Positions 52,031-64,000 of a stretch of DNA of 64,000 bases are shown here, one piece after another (position 1 is the first letter of the stretch; every line of letters begins with the position of its first letter). Location: contig NC_068981.1 of NCBI RefSeq assembly GCF_001194135.2, positions 54,067,460-54,131,459 of the forward strand, in the 5' to 3' direction. Source of the stretch: Octopus bimaculoides (lineage: Eukaryota). The notes under the pieces are model-generated. The model saw only the letters and a list, made by a program, of their open reading frames with translations, ran no database searches and was not told the origin of the DNA. The position numbers and the translations under genes are program-made.

Positions 52031-53338
52031 AATATATATCCACAACTTGATGGCAGCGACACTTTATAGTATATCGAAAGTCACTTATAATTACAGATGT
52101 CGTCAAACGGTTATTGTTACGAAAATCTGTGACTCCTTAACTCGTTCAGGAAGTTGTCATATACTCTTCTTAATGTCATTAGTCAGTCTCTTCGCTTTGT
52201 GATCACAATAAACGACTTCTATCGTATTACGATACTACCAAGAAATAACATAAAAGTGAATATAACGGAGTGTGTGTGTCAAACGATTATCATATCTGCT
52301 TCACTGTGAAATTATTTCAGTTTCAAGTCAAGCTCAAGTCTTTTGTGTATGTACGTCTAAAATACACTTCATAAATATTCTTTGTTGTTCTAGTAAAACT
52401 GAAAGTGCAGTTGGCTCAAATGCAGCATAGCTATCAGCAGTTTGCATCTTGTCACCAGTGCTACTTTCAACAATGTGAGAGGTAAATGCTAAGGTTTTGA
52501 GGAAGATTTCACTTTTCTGAAGAATGGCTTTGTTCGGAAAATCAGAGCTGACGTCTCTTCATGCCATACAAATTTTGAAGGCTTTAAGTAGTCTTTTTTT
52601 TACTTACAGTAAAGTTCTTACAATAAAGTAACCTACGTTTGACCGGCTTTCTATCTTCAGGGAGATCGTTTCTCAGCCGCTTAACGCTGTGAAATCCGGA
52701 AATAAGAATACTCTCTACAAATTCTTGATTCGAAAAGAATTAACGAAGGAAACCGAGCCGCATAACAGTTTTGTGTTGGAAATGAATTTATTTATACATG
52801 ATTATGTTCATTTTATCGTACATCTCAACAGCTGTCTATTACAAGCATTTATCCTTTTACGACTTTATACAGACACTAAGCCTTTATTGCAACTGAACCT
52901 ATTTCATTCTCCAGGGTCAGTTTTGTATCCCTCTCTTTGATGACGATCTAATGCTGTGAAACTTTATAAATTTATTCATCGTTATTTCAGTGATTTATCT
53001 CTCCGCTAGCAATATAAACAAGAGTGCATTATGCACTAAAAGCCAATATGAGAGTTTCTCTCATGCTAACTACCGTAGTATAGTTTGTTCTAACAGAACA
53101 TCAACGTTTAAGTGGAGTTAAAAATAAGCGTTGTCATTGGGTTCCAAAGATACCGAAAATTGCGGCTAATCTGCAGAACCATAGGAAAATAGTGACGGTC
53201 TGCGTTGGCAAATAGTAGAGTACAAAAGTTTCACGTAATGGAATGAATTAGTTCGCTGTGAGGAAGCGGAGAAGTTTGACGTTTCAAGTTGAACCTTTCA
53301 TAAAAAGGGCAGACGGCTCCTTCAATGTGGAAACCTAC

Positions 53339-53445
53339 TCCAAAATGTCAACCGCAGACTGTTCCTCTTTCTTTATTTGTACTAAATGTTTGTCTTGTAT
53401 ACTGGCGCCCTTTTCAACTAAATACTTTAGGAGTGGTTGGTGTAG
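53339..53445 (-). CDS. Candidate 107-nt coding exon, ankyrin-repeat-like peptide LHQPLLKYLVEKGASIQDKHLVQIKKEEQSAVDIL
   Basis: Acceptor tctctatattttcaaatttcacattAG, donor GA|gtaggt, open frame phase 0 to phase 2. KYLVEKGASI resembles the ankyrin consensus VKYLVEKGAD.N. No partner exons are confirmed. Confidence 0.35.
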
Positions 53446-54104
53446 CTAATGTGAAATTTGAAAATATAGAGATTGGAATTTTGCGAGACCACATAAAAAA
53501 GTTTTAGAAAAGCGTTAGGAACTAGACAAAATATTTACAAGAGGAGCAGTCTAGCAAGTGCAACATGGAGGGTCTAGAATTCTTTATACTTGAAACAGAA
53601 ATAGGCAACAACGGAAAATATTTCGGGTGATTAACACAAACTATGTAGGTTTTGTACAATTTTTTCTACGTATAATAAGTTTGTAAATTCGATTATATTT
53701 GTATGCCATGGAGAGACGTGGATGCTAGCGTTTTGAGCAAACTTTCTTCTAAGAAAAGCTTTGCTTGAAAAATCATCAATATCGTCTCCTCACAGCATAA
53801 AAGCTTAATGAAATTGGTAAATTTTATTCAATTATTTTTGCCGAAGGAGATAACTGCTAGTTTTTTTTTGTCTCTGAGTTTTATTACTTTTACCTTTTAA
53901 ATAATTTACGGAGAGTACTACCGATTTATGACTAAATGACTGTTAACTCCAAAGAAATTGTAGCACTAGTAATCACTTTACATCCTAAAATATGCTAAGT
54001 AGTTGACACGAATACTTACTAACTTATAAAATATACAACTCGTAAAAAGATGAAAGCTTATGTGCTCGCGATGAGAAGAAAGGGAACTTTTATATGTTCG
54101 TTCA

Positions 54105-54270
54105 GTCTGCAAGAAATAGCAGCTAAGTCTCCCTCATATAATACACTATCTTTAAAAAAAAATGCTCATTGACACTAGTTACTGTGTCTAAAAAATGGGA
54201 CGGTCACGGATGAAATCGCTTAGGCCATATGTCTCTTGGTCAGTGCCGACTTGGGCTAAACAATAAAACC
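54105..54270 (+). mobile_element. Repeat family D (SINE-like) fragment
   Basis: AGAAATAGCAGC.AA..ATGGGA.GGTCA.GG.TG.AAT..CTT.GATCATAG..GACCTGGG.TAAACAAC is shared with 3690-3800(-), 35795-35900(-), 37306-37380(+), 39167-39230(+) and 63580-63768(+). Confidence 0.75.
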
Positions 54271-54984
54271 TGATGGAATATGTTAATTATAGTCAATTTT
54301 ACTCTTCTACCTCACATCAAAGCTACAGAAGAGCCCAATCAATAGTTCAGTAAGTCCAGTTAATGTATCTACACTTTATTATACACTCAAATCAACTCGA
54401 ATGATCATCGTCTCACCGCTACCTCTTTCTTTACTGCACTAAATGGTGTATTTCTCGTTAATTCAGAGGTTTATTGAAAAATCAATGAATGTATTCATTC
54501 ATGCACACATCTCTTCTCTAATACATTCTATATTTGTTTTCTACACTGAATCATAGCAAGGTGCATGTTGAATGTTTATTGGAAACAAGATCAAAGTGGA
54601 GCGACATCTCATCTTAATAGTCTCTACTTTCGTTGAAAGAACGTAGAGAAAAGAGAAATAAAAGCAAAAGATTGAGAAGCAACAAAATAACTGAAATCTT
54701 TGGGAGAGAAGTTAACAATTAAATACAACCAGAAATATTCATTCCACTAAAACAAAAGTTTTACAATTGTAAGTTTTTTCTTTTCATGCTTGCATTAGAA
54801 AACATAGTGTTTTTATCCTGTAAAGTATCGCATATATTTTTCACTTATATTTAATACCATTGAGGCATATTTCAATATAAAGATGGAAGTTTAAATAGAT
54901 ACTGACAGAGATCTACAACGAGACTCAACTAGGATGGTAACCGAAATAATTACAACAAACAACAACAACAACAACAACAATAAT

Positions 54985-55195
54985 AATAATTTCAAGTTTT
55001 GGCACAAGGCCAGCAAGTCCAGAAGGAGTAGATCGATTACACCAGCCCCAGTGTTCAACAAGTCCTTATTTTATCTACCCCGTAAATATGAAAGGCAAAG
55101 CCGACCTCGGCGGAATTTGAACTCAGAACGTAAGGACAGACGAAATGCCGCTAAGCATTTTGCCCGGCGTGTTAACGATTCTGCTAGCACGCCAC
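54985..55195 (-). mobile_element. SINE family A, tail B, with (ATT)n(GTT)n tail
   Basis: A clear reverse-complement copy. The (AAC)n(AAT)n run at 54957-54990 is its 3' tail. Confidence 0.92.
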
Positions 55196-55254
55196 CCTCT
55201 GTCTTTCTTCCCCATATTTTTCTATCACATGACTGTAAATAAGCCATCTGGTGT

Positions 55255-55728
55255 GTTTATTTTAATGGCCTACCAATGTACACATTGAGTTTCTCTGCTC
55301 AATACCAAAGATTTGCTTGTCAATTGCTTGACCTTAACCTGTTGAACATGTTCCTTCATTGTTGACGATATGCGTATCTCTGATCACATGCAGAAGTAGT
55401 GAGGGGGCATCATAGCCATGTGTTGAGAGGAATTCTTTGGGGTTTCACCTCTGGAAACCTGAGTGTTTCGTTTAACATCTCTAAACAACCTTTTGTCAGG
55501 GACCTTTTGAGCAGGCTGGGCTCCTCGACCAGAAGAAAATTCTAACAGGGCTCCACCTGCAAGATCATGCGCTGTTTATCTTGGTATGAAATCAGCATGT
55601 CCCGCACATATGGTTGTGATGCGTGTGCCTGGTGTACCCTTATCGAACGGTTAGTTATGGTGGGTATATTGGGCTTCGTATATTTGTACCCAAGTGTCAC
55701 TTTGATGTCACGCGCTGCTCTCCAACTC
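55255..55728 (+). mobile_element. SINE-like family E with (AAT)n tail
   Basis: High-complexity, GC-richer 470-bp block ending CTGCTCTCCAACTC(AAT)n. The central GAGCAGGCTGGGCTCCTCGACC.GAAGAAAATTCTAAC.GGGC.CCACCTGCAAG is reminiscent of the Deu/Nin SINE domain (from memory). It is single-copy in this window. Confidence 0.6.
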
Positions 55729-55760
<32 letters not shown>

Positions 55761-55809
55761 TGATGATGACGACGACGACGATGACGACAAAAGCAACAAC
55801 AACAATATC

Positions 55810-55861
<52 letters not shown>

Positions 55862-55868
55862 TAAATAA
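55729..55868. repeat. Compound (AAT)n(GAT)n(GAC)n(AAC)n(AAT)n microsatellite
   Basis: Directly visible. Confidence 0.97.
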
Positions 55869-57329
55869 TTGAAAGAAAACAAATAAAGATCAGCGCAAGC
55901 ATATGTATTTCTTCGAGATATCATGTTTTCTGGCGTATAATATGCGCTTTTGTTCTTTTTAAATGTATCAAAAAACATTGCCCTGCGTCTAATGCAACAG
56001 TATTATAAATAGGAAACTGAATGTCTTAAGCTAGGGAGCCGGATGAGCATAAGTCCGCAGGGCAAGATAATTGTTACTCATAATAAAATATTAGAAGCAA
56101 AACAAATTAACATAAACTGTTAGCACAAACATGTGGTACGTCGGCTGTAATGTAAGTCACATCAGCTCATTATACCTCTTTCCCTAGTATGCGTAACCAC
56201 ACTTAATACGTATCTTACAGTATTTCTTAACTGTGTTGCCTTTAAGAAACATTACTAAAATATGTAAATGAAAAATTTTCTCCGAAAGATGAAAATATTA
56301 AATTTCCGCCTGTCAGTTATTTGCAATGAGTGGACGACAACAAAATCACAGCGGTGGTGCGTCAAACTGGTGTTCAATAGCAGTTATATAAAACATCATA
56401 ACCAAAAATACAAGTTTTCTATCCTGTATGGCAATTATCTTGATCAAAATATAAACAACTATACAGCTGATCAGAAAGAAGATAAGGTTGAAATGCGGTA
56501 CTCCTATAACAAAGTTTATTTATCACGAATTTATGGTTTCATACTTTATTTCAGTACGCTGTCACAACATTTACATACACAAACATATATATTGTTCCTT
56601 CCAAAACCACTTAAAAATGAATTTCAATAAGTGTATGGTGAAGCATATTAAATTTGTTTTTCCTACAAAATATACTTGTAAAATAGAGGTGCGTCTTATG
56701 CGGGAGTACATTTTATTTGCCAAAGCTAGTGACTAAAAAAAGTGTTAAGTAACTTTTTGTCAAGACAGTTCCTTGGATCTGTGAAAAATATTTGTGCATG
56801 CATATGTATGTGAGCATTTGTATGTGTGGATATTCTTGTAGTCATGTTATGAGTGTACATGTCTTTTTATGTTTGTGTTCTTGTGTATGTTTTACGTACA
56901 TGTGATTGCATGTATATATTTATTCCAGGACACTCAAATGAAGAATCTTTGAAATGTTTGACAAATTCTTGACTCTATCACCAATTGGGTTTGTTCTTTC
57001 CAGCATTTCTAAGCTTTCGTGCAATTCTGATTTATAATCTATCATTTTGCATCTATAATTCTGCTTCTTCAAGCGGCCTCAGCCAGGATACATTTCATCC
57101 GCTGCTTCAGGAAACTTTGTTTTCTATTAGCTTTGATAGGTCCTAAATTATATGTATTTCTCAAATAATAACCTTAATGAAGATGAGTGGTCTTCATACT
57201 GTATCAAGATGTAGATGTCTCCACAGTGTAAAAACCATTATGACCTGGTGTTCAAAACAATAGCAGTGCTTAAAACCAACCCTGCGTTGAGCAAGAATCA
57301 GTAGAATGTGTGCATAAATGTTTTCTTGG

Positions 57330-58450
57330 GGCTTACGCTCATGCAATGGAATGCTTTGAGCCGTCATGAGAAGCCAGAATAGCTACAAATGACAATCTGT
57401 AGCCTATAATAATATATACAAGCGCTCTAAGTTCTGCATTAGTTCACCATCGATGTTCTCTTTTCCAGGATATGATTTTTCCCTAACAATGTCAGATCGG
57501 TTGTGTTTGCACATGACTGCCGTTCTTTTTATTGTATTCCTTATTTTTAAAGATGATACATTTTAGTTCTGGCGCGTCTTTAGTATGGCTTTAGTTTGGT
57601 AACCAGGATGATTCTTGTAAATAGTTCTGATAACAATGTTATATATCATGGTAAGTTAATACCTTACTGAGAATGTTGGACAGCTGCTACTGATGTAGAT
57701 GTTTTCTTCCATATCAGTCTGGTAAATCAACACATTCTATCATCAATGGAGTTTGAAGGTATCCATATCTATTTGGTTGGTCAGGTGTTTAGTAGCTATC
57801 TTCGGTTCGGGAATAGCAGAGTTGTATCCTTTTAGCTGTGATGTATCTCTCTTCCTGTTAATATTATTAGGATATTTCCACTAACAAATAGGATATATAC
57901 CTGTCTTTACGTAACTTTCTGCTCCTATTTTCTGTATAAATTGTTTAGTTCGGCTAACTTGAGTTACACGGAATATCTCTGCACTCAAGAGTTATTTACA
58001 TCTCAGGATGTTATTTTTACTATTGAGTAGTGACGTTAAACAACTCTTCCGTTACTGTTCAGTAATTGCTCCTTGACTAAACCTCCTTCCCTCCCTTTAA
58101 CATAGATCTTGTTAGTGTCATTATTTTCATACAGAAGTTACCAGTGGGGACCAGTATCTTCCTGCTTTTGATGTCTTAGTCGTAGATCTCTTCAAGTGCT
58201 CTGGTACTGCTGAAGTGTCAAGAGATATGGTCTTATTGAATGCAGAATGCTATAACTTCCATACCTTCTGCAGTCTTTTGAAGTATTCCTTTGTCATTCT
58301 AACTATGCTCCAAGCTTGCATACTTGTTTGCATACGAAGATGCATCATCTCTTGAGACCCATTCACAATAACTGCTCAACTGATATCTTTCAATATGCAA
58401 TTATTCTATATGCAGCTTCTTAGATAAATCAATATTTCTGTGCTAGATCT
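57330..58450 (-). mobile_element. R4/Dong-clade LINE relic: 3' part (thumb, zinc-finger region, REL endonuclease)
   Basis: EYFKRLQKVWKL*HSAFNKTISLDTSAVP, DIKSRKIL..KIYVKGREGG, EENIYISSSCPTFS (CCHC region), KHNRSDIV (HNRPD of the PD..D/E nuclease) and GELMQNLERLY, in the expected order. Confidence 0.8.
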
Positions 58451-59269
58451 TATTGAACAAATCCTATTGCAATATTTTTAATTGGTGATATAACATTTTA
58501 ACGTTTGAAACAACGTCTAAATGACGGATATCTTTTCAATGGTGCTTCGTATATCATGCAAACCAAAATGCAAAAATAATATATATTCATGAAAAATTTA
58601 ACGACCCGGCCACAACAGCAGAACTTAAAGTTCAGATGGGAAGGAAATTCGTTCTTTTATTGTTATTAGATGCAAATGTTCATATATTAACAAGAGCTTT
58701 TGAATACATAATATAACAGCGCAACTGATAAGGTGCTTGATAAATGAAATAAAGTTAAGAATCCTTGGATAAATAAAAATGGTTTCAAGAAGAAGTCTAA
58801 AACAGAAAAGATACAGAAACGAAATAGTATGAATGAGATATATATTGGCAAAAAAAAAAAAGAAGGAAATTAGGGTAGCAAAAGATAAATGGGTGAGCGA
58901 AAGCTTTAAAGAGAAATCACAGGGCAAATAACTTGAAGACATACCAAAATAGTAAAAGATCGACCTAAAGAATGGGTATCTAAATGTCAAGTTGTTGAAG
59001 ATAAACAAGACAACCTACTAACCAAAGTATATGAAGTGACTGATAGACAAAGGTAGAAAGTAACGTACTAAAGCAATTAAGAAAAGAAATCTCCTGTAAC
59101 AAAATCAAGAGTCATAAATCAATATATACTCATTAAGGTTGACCAGTTTTCATCTTAGAATAAGACCATTTAAAGATGTTGATTATATTATGAATTGAGC
59201 TTATGATCAGAAATGTTACTACGATACATAATCAACAACTTCTTGTGACATGGAGGATTAATTTTAATA

Positions 59270-59712
59270 TTGGCTTTAAATTTTGGCACAAGGCCAGCAA
59301 TTTCGGGCAAGAAGGCAGGTCGATTACGTGGATCCTAGTGCTCAACTGGTACTTATTTCATCGACCTCGAAAAGATGAAAGGCAAAGTCGACCTGATGAC
59401 AGGTGAGTTCAGAACATAAAAGCGGACGAAATGCTGCTAAGCATTTTGCCCGATGTCCAAACGATTTTGTCAGCTCGCCACCTTCTGTATAGTTTTGATA
59501 TTGATTTCATAATTTGTCACTAAACCAGCAACTTCGGGGGAGTGGTAAGTCGATTAAATTGACCCAGTGCTCAGCTAGTACTTATTTTATTGACCACCGA
59601 AAGGATGAAAGGCATAGTCGACCTCGCTGAAATTTGAACATAAAACGTAAAGACAGACGAAATGCCTCTAAGCATTTTGCCTGATGTGTTAACAATTCTC
59701 CCAGATCGATGC
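59270..59712 (-). mobile_element. Tandem pair of SINE family A copies
   Basis: Two reverse-complement copies at about 59270-59482 and 59510-59712. Confidence 0.9.
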
Positions 59713-60368
59713 CTTGTATAGTTTTAATATTTAAATCAAATCATACTGATGTTAAATTTGCTTTTCAACCTCCTGTTGCCGATAGTATAGGTACCAGTTA
59801 AGTATTCAGTTCAATCTGGTTAACTTTACCACTTCCCAAGTAAGGGATATTATGCCTGTATTACAAATCAATAAGACGCAGAAAAATGTTTCAGAAAGAA
59901 TCAAGATTTCAAGCCTTTAAAATTTATTCATGCCCACAGTAGTTTTTAACACTAAATTTGTATTTATCAGAAGAGTTTTGTAAATGTTTCATCCTGTAAA
60001 ACCTATATCCAAAGTCTCACATATATATGGTTTACGCACATACCTGTGAACGCATATACAAGATTATTAATATATTTTTGTATCCACTACATCAACAGTG
60101 AGAAGTATTCTATGCTTGGAACAAGTGTGTTGGACAACTGCGTTACTTGGTGAAATAGAAAAATTGGATATGTATTGATAAATACAAAACTTTACGTCAG
60201 TTTACGTTGAATGTCGTTAAAAAATATCTAAGCGAATCTAATTAATCTCAAGTATCAAAGAATTGATTGTTGATTAGAAAATGCCCTCAAGATATATGCA
60301 CACAGACACAGACACAGGCACAGAGACACAGACATACACACGCACATACACACATGCACGCGCACGCG

Positions 60369-60414
<46 letters not shown>

Positions 60415-60636
60415 GACTTACACTTAAACAATTCCATAGATCTCATTTATCCAAACAATACTTCCACATATTCAGCATCTCTCCTTTCAGTGCTTCCCTC
60501 ACCCTTTATCTCTCTCTCATATATCTGTGCGTGTGCACGTGCGTGTACTTGTGTGTTTGCGTGTATGTATATACATGTGTATGTGTATATGTATGCATGT
60601 ATGTATGTATGTATATATATACACACACATACATAC

Positions 60637-60682
<46 letters not shown>

Positions 60683-63579
60683 CACAAATATAAACACACA
60701 CACACATACATAGACATGCACTGGCAAACTATAATGAAGATGGCGTCTGACAAAAATTTGATTCGTGTATGTGTGTGCCTGCGTGTTTATGCATATACGC
60801 GTAAGTGTGTGTGTGTGTGTTTATATAAATATATGTCTCTGTATAGTGTGAGAGTAAAATTACTATGACATCCACACTACTTAATTTTTTTTTGTATTTA
60901 TTTATTTATTTATTTTCAGTTGTATCTGTCTATTGCTGAAAAATCTAAAATTGCTGAATTGATAAGAAATTAATTGAAATTTAGAAAGGAAACTAAATTT
61001 CTGTTTTTGTAATAAGTGATATGTATACTGAGAGAGGGAAAAGTGGATCGTATTGAAAGAGTTGTTGAGTTGTCTTGGTGGTTTTATCGTGGCGGTGGAT
61101 TTGGGGCTGATGTAGACTTCGATAGTAACTGGTTGTTTTTCTGCCAGCAGATTTGTCGGGAGTGTTAATGTGATAGAGATTTTGGTAACGGGGATATTGA
61201 AGTTTTCAGTGGTGGCTGCAGTGATATCGTTAGTTGTGACTGTGGTAAGAATGTGGTAGTAGTTGTGGCGAAGGTACTAATAGTTCTAGCAATGGCATTA
61301 GAAACGTTAATAGTGGCTGCTGTGAGAGGTTAGTGATGGTAGAGGTACTTTTAATGAAGTGTTAATGATAATGACTTGGGCTCTTCTGTTGATGGTTTTA
61401 ACGAGGATTTTCGTACTAATGCCGGTAGTAACATAATTGAAATGTTTGGGCGTTTCCACAATGGTATAATGGTTCTTTAGTTGGAGTGAAAAATTGGAAT
61501 GCAGCCAATACCGCGAAGAAATATTTGTAAGGGATATGAATATAGAAAAATAAAAACAGGCGAGGAAGAAATCAACAGATGAAAAGAGAACGAAGCAAAT
61601 TGAAGAGATATGTACTGTACTGCTCAATGACATATTATTATAGTTGAACTACATTCAAAGGCTTAAACGTTTAAGAACTAAAATAAAACTCCTGAAATTC
61701 TTATATTAAGATTAGTGATAAGAGTATGCAGCTTATACAGCAAAGATAACTTTTAAAGTCATTATGAATGTTTCTGTAGCTCTAGATAAATTCTTGTAGT
61801 GAGAGAGGTACCAAAAATTTCATTATTTGATTATTATTTGACGCTAACATCTATGTTTTCACGACTGCCTACGGATATGTTTTCATGGGAAAATGGTGGA
61901 TTTATTGTATTCTGTGAGTAGAAGCATTGGAAAAGTGAATCCAGTGAAACAGCGAAAACGTAAATAGCAAGTTTAGTTTTAAAGTAGATTTGAAGAAATG
62001 ACTTTTTCTCATTATACAATGCCATTTGCTATGTGAAGAGATTTTACTAGAGTGCTGAGTGTAAATATCATTTTTCCATCTTCTAAAGATTTTTTAAGAA
62101 AGAATTGTGAGCAGCGTCTTAGATTTGTAATTTCCCCGACACTTCTGGTACAGGTTAAAGTATTTGCCCTTTTAAATTGGTTGTACCAGTTAGTTTTTGC
62201 TTCTATCCATATCCCTAGCAGATCCGCCCTTTTAATTTATCTTTTAACCCTAAACTCAACATTTACTCGGCCTTCACAATTCATTTCCGAACAGAGTCAT
62301 CCAGTTATTGACTAGCGAGAGAGAGAGAGAGCTCCTATTCACATCCTGTGTTGTACAACAATCTTCACCTGTTGACATCTTCTGGAACTCAACTGATATA
62401 GCAGAACTCTGCCAGTTCTTCCCTGACTCTTTTTCGTAAAATTGTTTCTCATGATAAATGTATCCAAGCTATATTCCTATATATGTCCGCCAACCCTGAA
62501 TACACACCAAAACGGCTCCTCCAGATTTCTAGCCCCAGCCTCTCACCTCACTTTTGCGTGTACACAGTGACAGACACTGAAATCTTTTGAGGTCACTGTA
62601 GCTAAAAAAAGCAATCAACTCAAATAGTATTTCTGCTATCTGCATCGAACAGTGTACTATGAGTTAGTTCCTATAATCACCGAATTTTAGCTTACCACCC
62701 GAAAAAAAGTAACCTCTTCTGACTCAGTCAACAACCAGCCAATCATTCCCACTTTTTGTATCTCAGACATGTAGAACGCTCATAACCATATTTATTATTA
62801 CCTTCAGTCTATTTTTCTCTTTAGTTATCACCATATTCGCCTCTCTTCTTCCCTAACGTATTTTATCTTTCTTTTAAACACTCTCACAATCATTCATGTC
62901 CGGATTGCTGTCACCTGAAACACCCACTCCGATCATGTCTTCCAATCAATCATCACCTGCAAAAATTGAAGTGAAACATCAATTGCATCGATCTCATGGA
63001 AGTGGAAAGGTTTGAAAAGGCTATTGACACTAAATATGAGAGACTAAATAAGAAAAAGAAAAAAAGGCCTGTTTTTTTCTTTGATGATTAATAATTGAAG
63101 ACAGAGATATAATGAACAGTTGAATTTCCTTTATAGCTGTTCCTATACAGAGAAGACAGTAGGTACTATTTTGCAATATATTTTTTGTTCATGATTAGTG
63201 AAATAACCAAATAGTTTGTGGTAAACTTTGAGAATACTTAACTATACCATGGATGATGATTATAAGTCATTTGTCGAAAGTAGCAAAAGACTTTTGGTAG
63301 AAACATTTGAGTACAATTCAAACTTGATACTAAGAAGATGGTGAGGGCATTGAGATGAATAAGATGGGGGGTTAGAGAAATGAGCAACTTCTGCCTGTAA
63401 ATGTACAGCATAACTAAAGTTTAGGGTCCCCACCTTAAAAAAAAAAGAAAAAAGAATTATGCTGTTGAACCAGGCATGTGATTCGATCTGCCAAGAACTA
63501 ACTGCTGTACTACAATGCCAGCCATCACGCTACACAATAACAGGTAATAGCTATGAGCCAAGAGAGATACTTCACACGT

Positions 63580-63768
63580 TCATTTCGCTCGAGAAACTAG
63601 AAATAGCAGCCAAATATTTATATCCTCCTAAAAAGGAAAGACATGTCGGGTAATGTATTTCACTACTTCAAAAAAGAAAATAAGATGGGATGATTGTGGT
63701 TAGAATGTCTTTGATTACAGGTCTGCACGACTAGGACTGACACAGGGTTAAAAAAACAATAATACAAC
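63580..63768 (+). mobile_element. Repeat family D fragment
   Basis: CTAGAAATAGCAGCCAAAT..AAGATGGGATGATTGTGGTTAGAATGTCTTTGATTACAGGTCTG..CAGGGTTAAAAAAACAAT matches the other family D copies. Confidence 0.72.
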
Positions 63769-64000
63769 TGCTAATAGATTAGAATCTTTGCATTAAAATT
63801 AATTCTAATCAAGCCTTCCTTTCCTCTTCCTCCTTTCTCCTTCCCTTCTATCCAGAACTATTTATGTCGTACTTGGTCCTTTTCCATCTCTTTTTTAGCC
63901 TCTTTCCGCCTCGTTGTCACCGCTGCATTTTCAAATCGAAATATCGATGTCATCGCGCAGATATAAAATATATCATCTGCAACAACAGAAGAATACGATT

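Noticed and set aside
52030-52600. hAT dimerisation domain or piggyBac relic (FPNKAIL..IFLKTLAFTS; RRVYDNFLNEL)
   Set aside because: The weak motif resemblances point to two different families and no TIRs were found, so it cannot be called.
56268-56736. 120-aa ORF MKNFLRKMKIL..
   Set aside because: AT-rich composition, no recognisable domain or splice structure. A nearby GGTGCGTCTTAT suggests MITE debris.
18041-58450. The 18-20 kb and 57-58 kb R4 pieces as one split element
   Set aside because: On the minus strand the 3' piece (57-58 kb) lies upstream of the 5' piece (18-20 kb), which is the wrong order for a single interrupted copy.
9991-59712. tRNA genes at A-box/B-box sites
   Set aside because: Each head continues into a shared SINE body and lacks a full cloverleaf with acceptor stem, so these are SINE heads.
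13428-59712. CRISPR-like repeated blocks
   Set aside because: The repeats are dispersed or doubled SINEs of about 200 bp, with no regular repeat-spacer periodicity and no cas genes, in a eukaryotic context.
60738-60775. AAGATGGCG (YY1/Kozak-like) start followed by a gtatgt donor
   Set aside because: It is embedded between microsatellites with no promoter context. Such short motifs arise by chance.
61000-61500. Thr-rich mucin-like frame on the minus strand
   Set aside because: The frames are interrupted by stops and lack start or splice signals. It is consistent with a decayed (ACT/ACC)n-type repeat.

Overview
AT-rich animal nuclear DNA, very dense in microsatellites, with 11 assembly gaps (about 3.7 kb of N). 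The repeat families and microsatellite load most resemble a coleoid cephalopod such as Octopus (inference, not a database result). I cannot identify any host protein-coding gene with confidence, so the window reads as intergenic or deep-intronic. Nearly every ORF in the supplied track is a microsatellite, low-complexity or N-gap artefact, or a transposon fragment. DNA transposon content: two frameshifted mariner transposases, an internally deleted mariner, a Tigger/pogo transposase relic and a 222-bp Tigger-type MITE. LINE content: three separate R4/Dong-clade (RT plus restriction-like endonuclease) relics, CR1-, RTE- and Tx1/L1-like relics, and a possible Penelope relic. SINE content: roughly 30 copies or fragments from at least five families. 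There is no rRNA, genuine tRNA gene or CRISPR array. I cannot demonstrate a novel biological system. The best leads are a perfect RFX X-box with a CCAAT box and CACCC boxes at 42.9 kb, a structured and partly HDV-ribozyme-like leader on an R4/Dong LINE at 47.6 kb, an ankyrin-like candidate exon at 53.4 kb, and the modular, tandem and inverted organisation of one SINE family.
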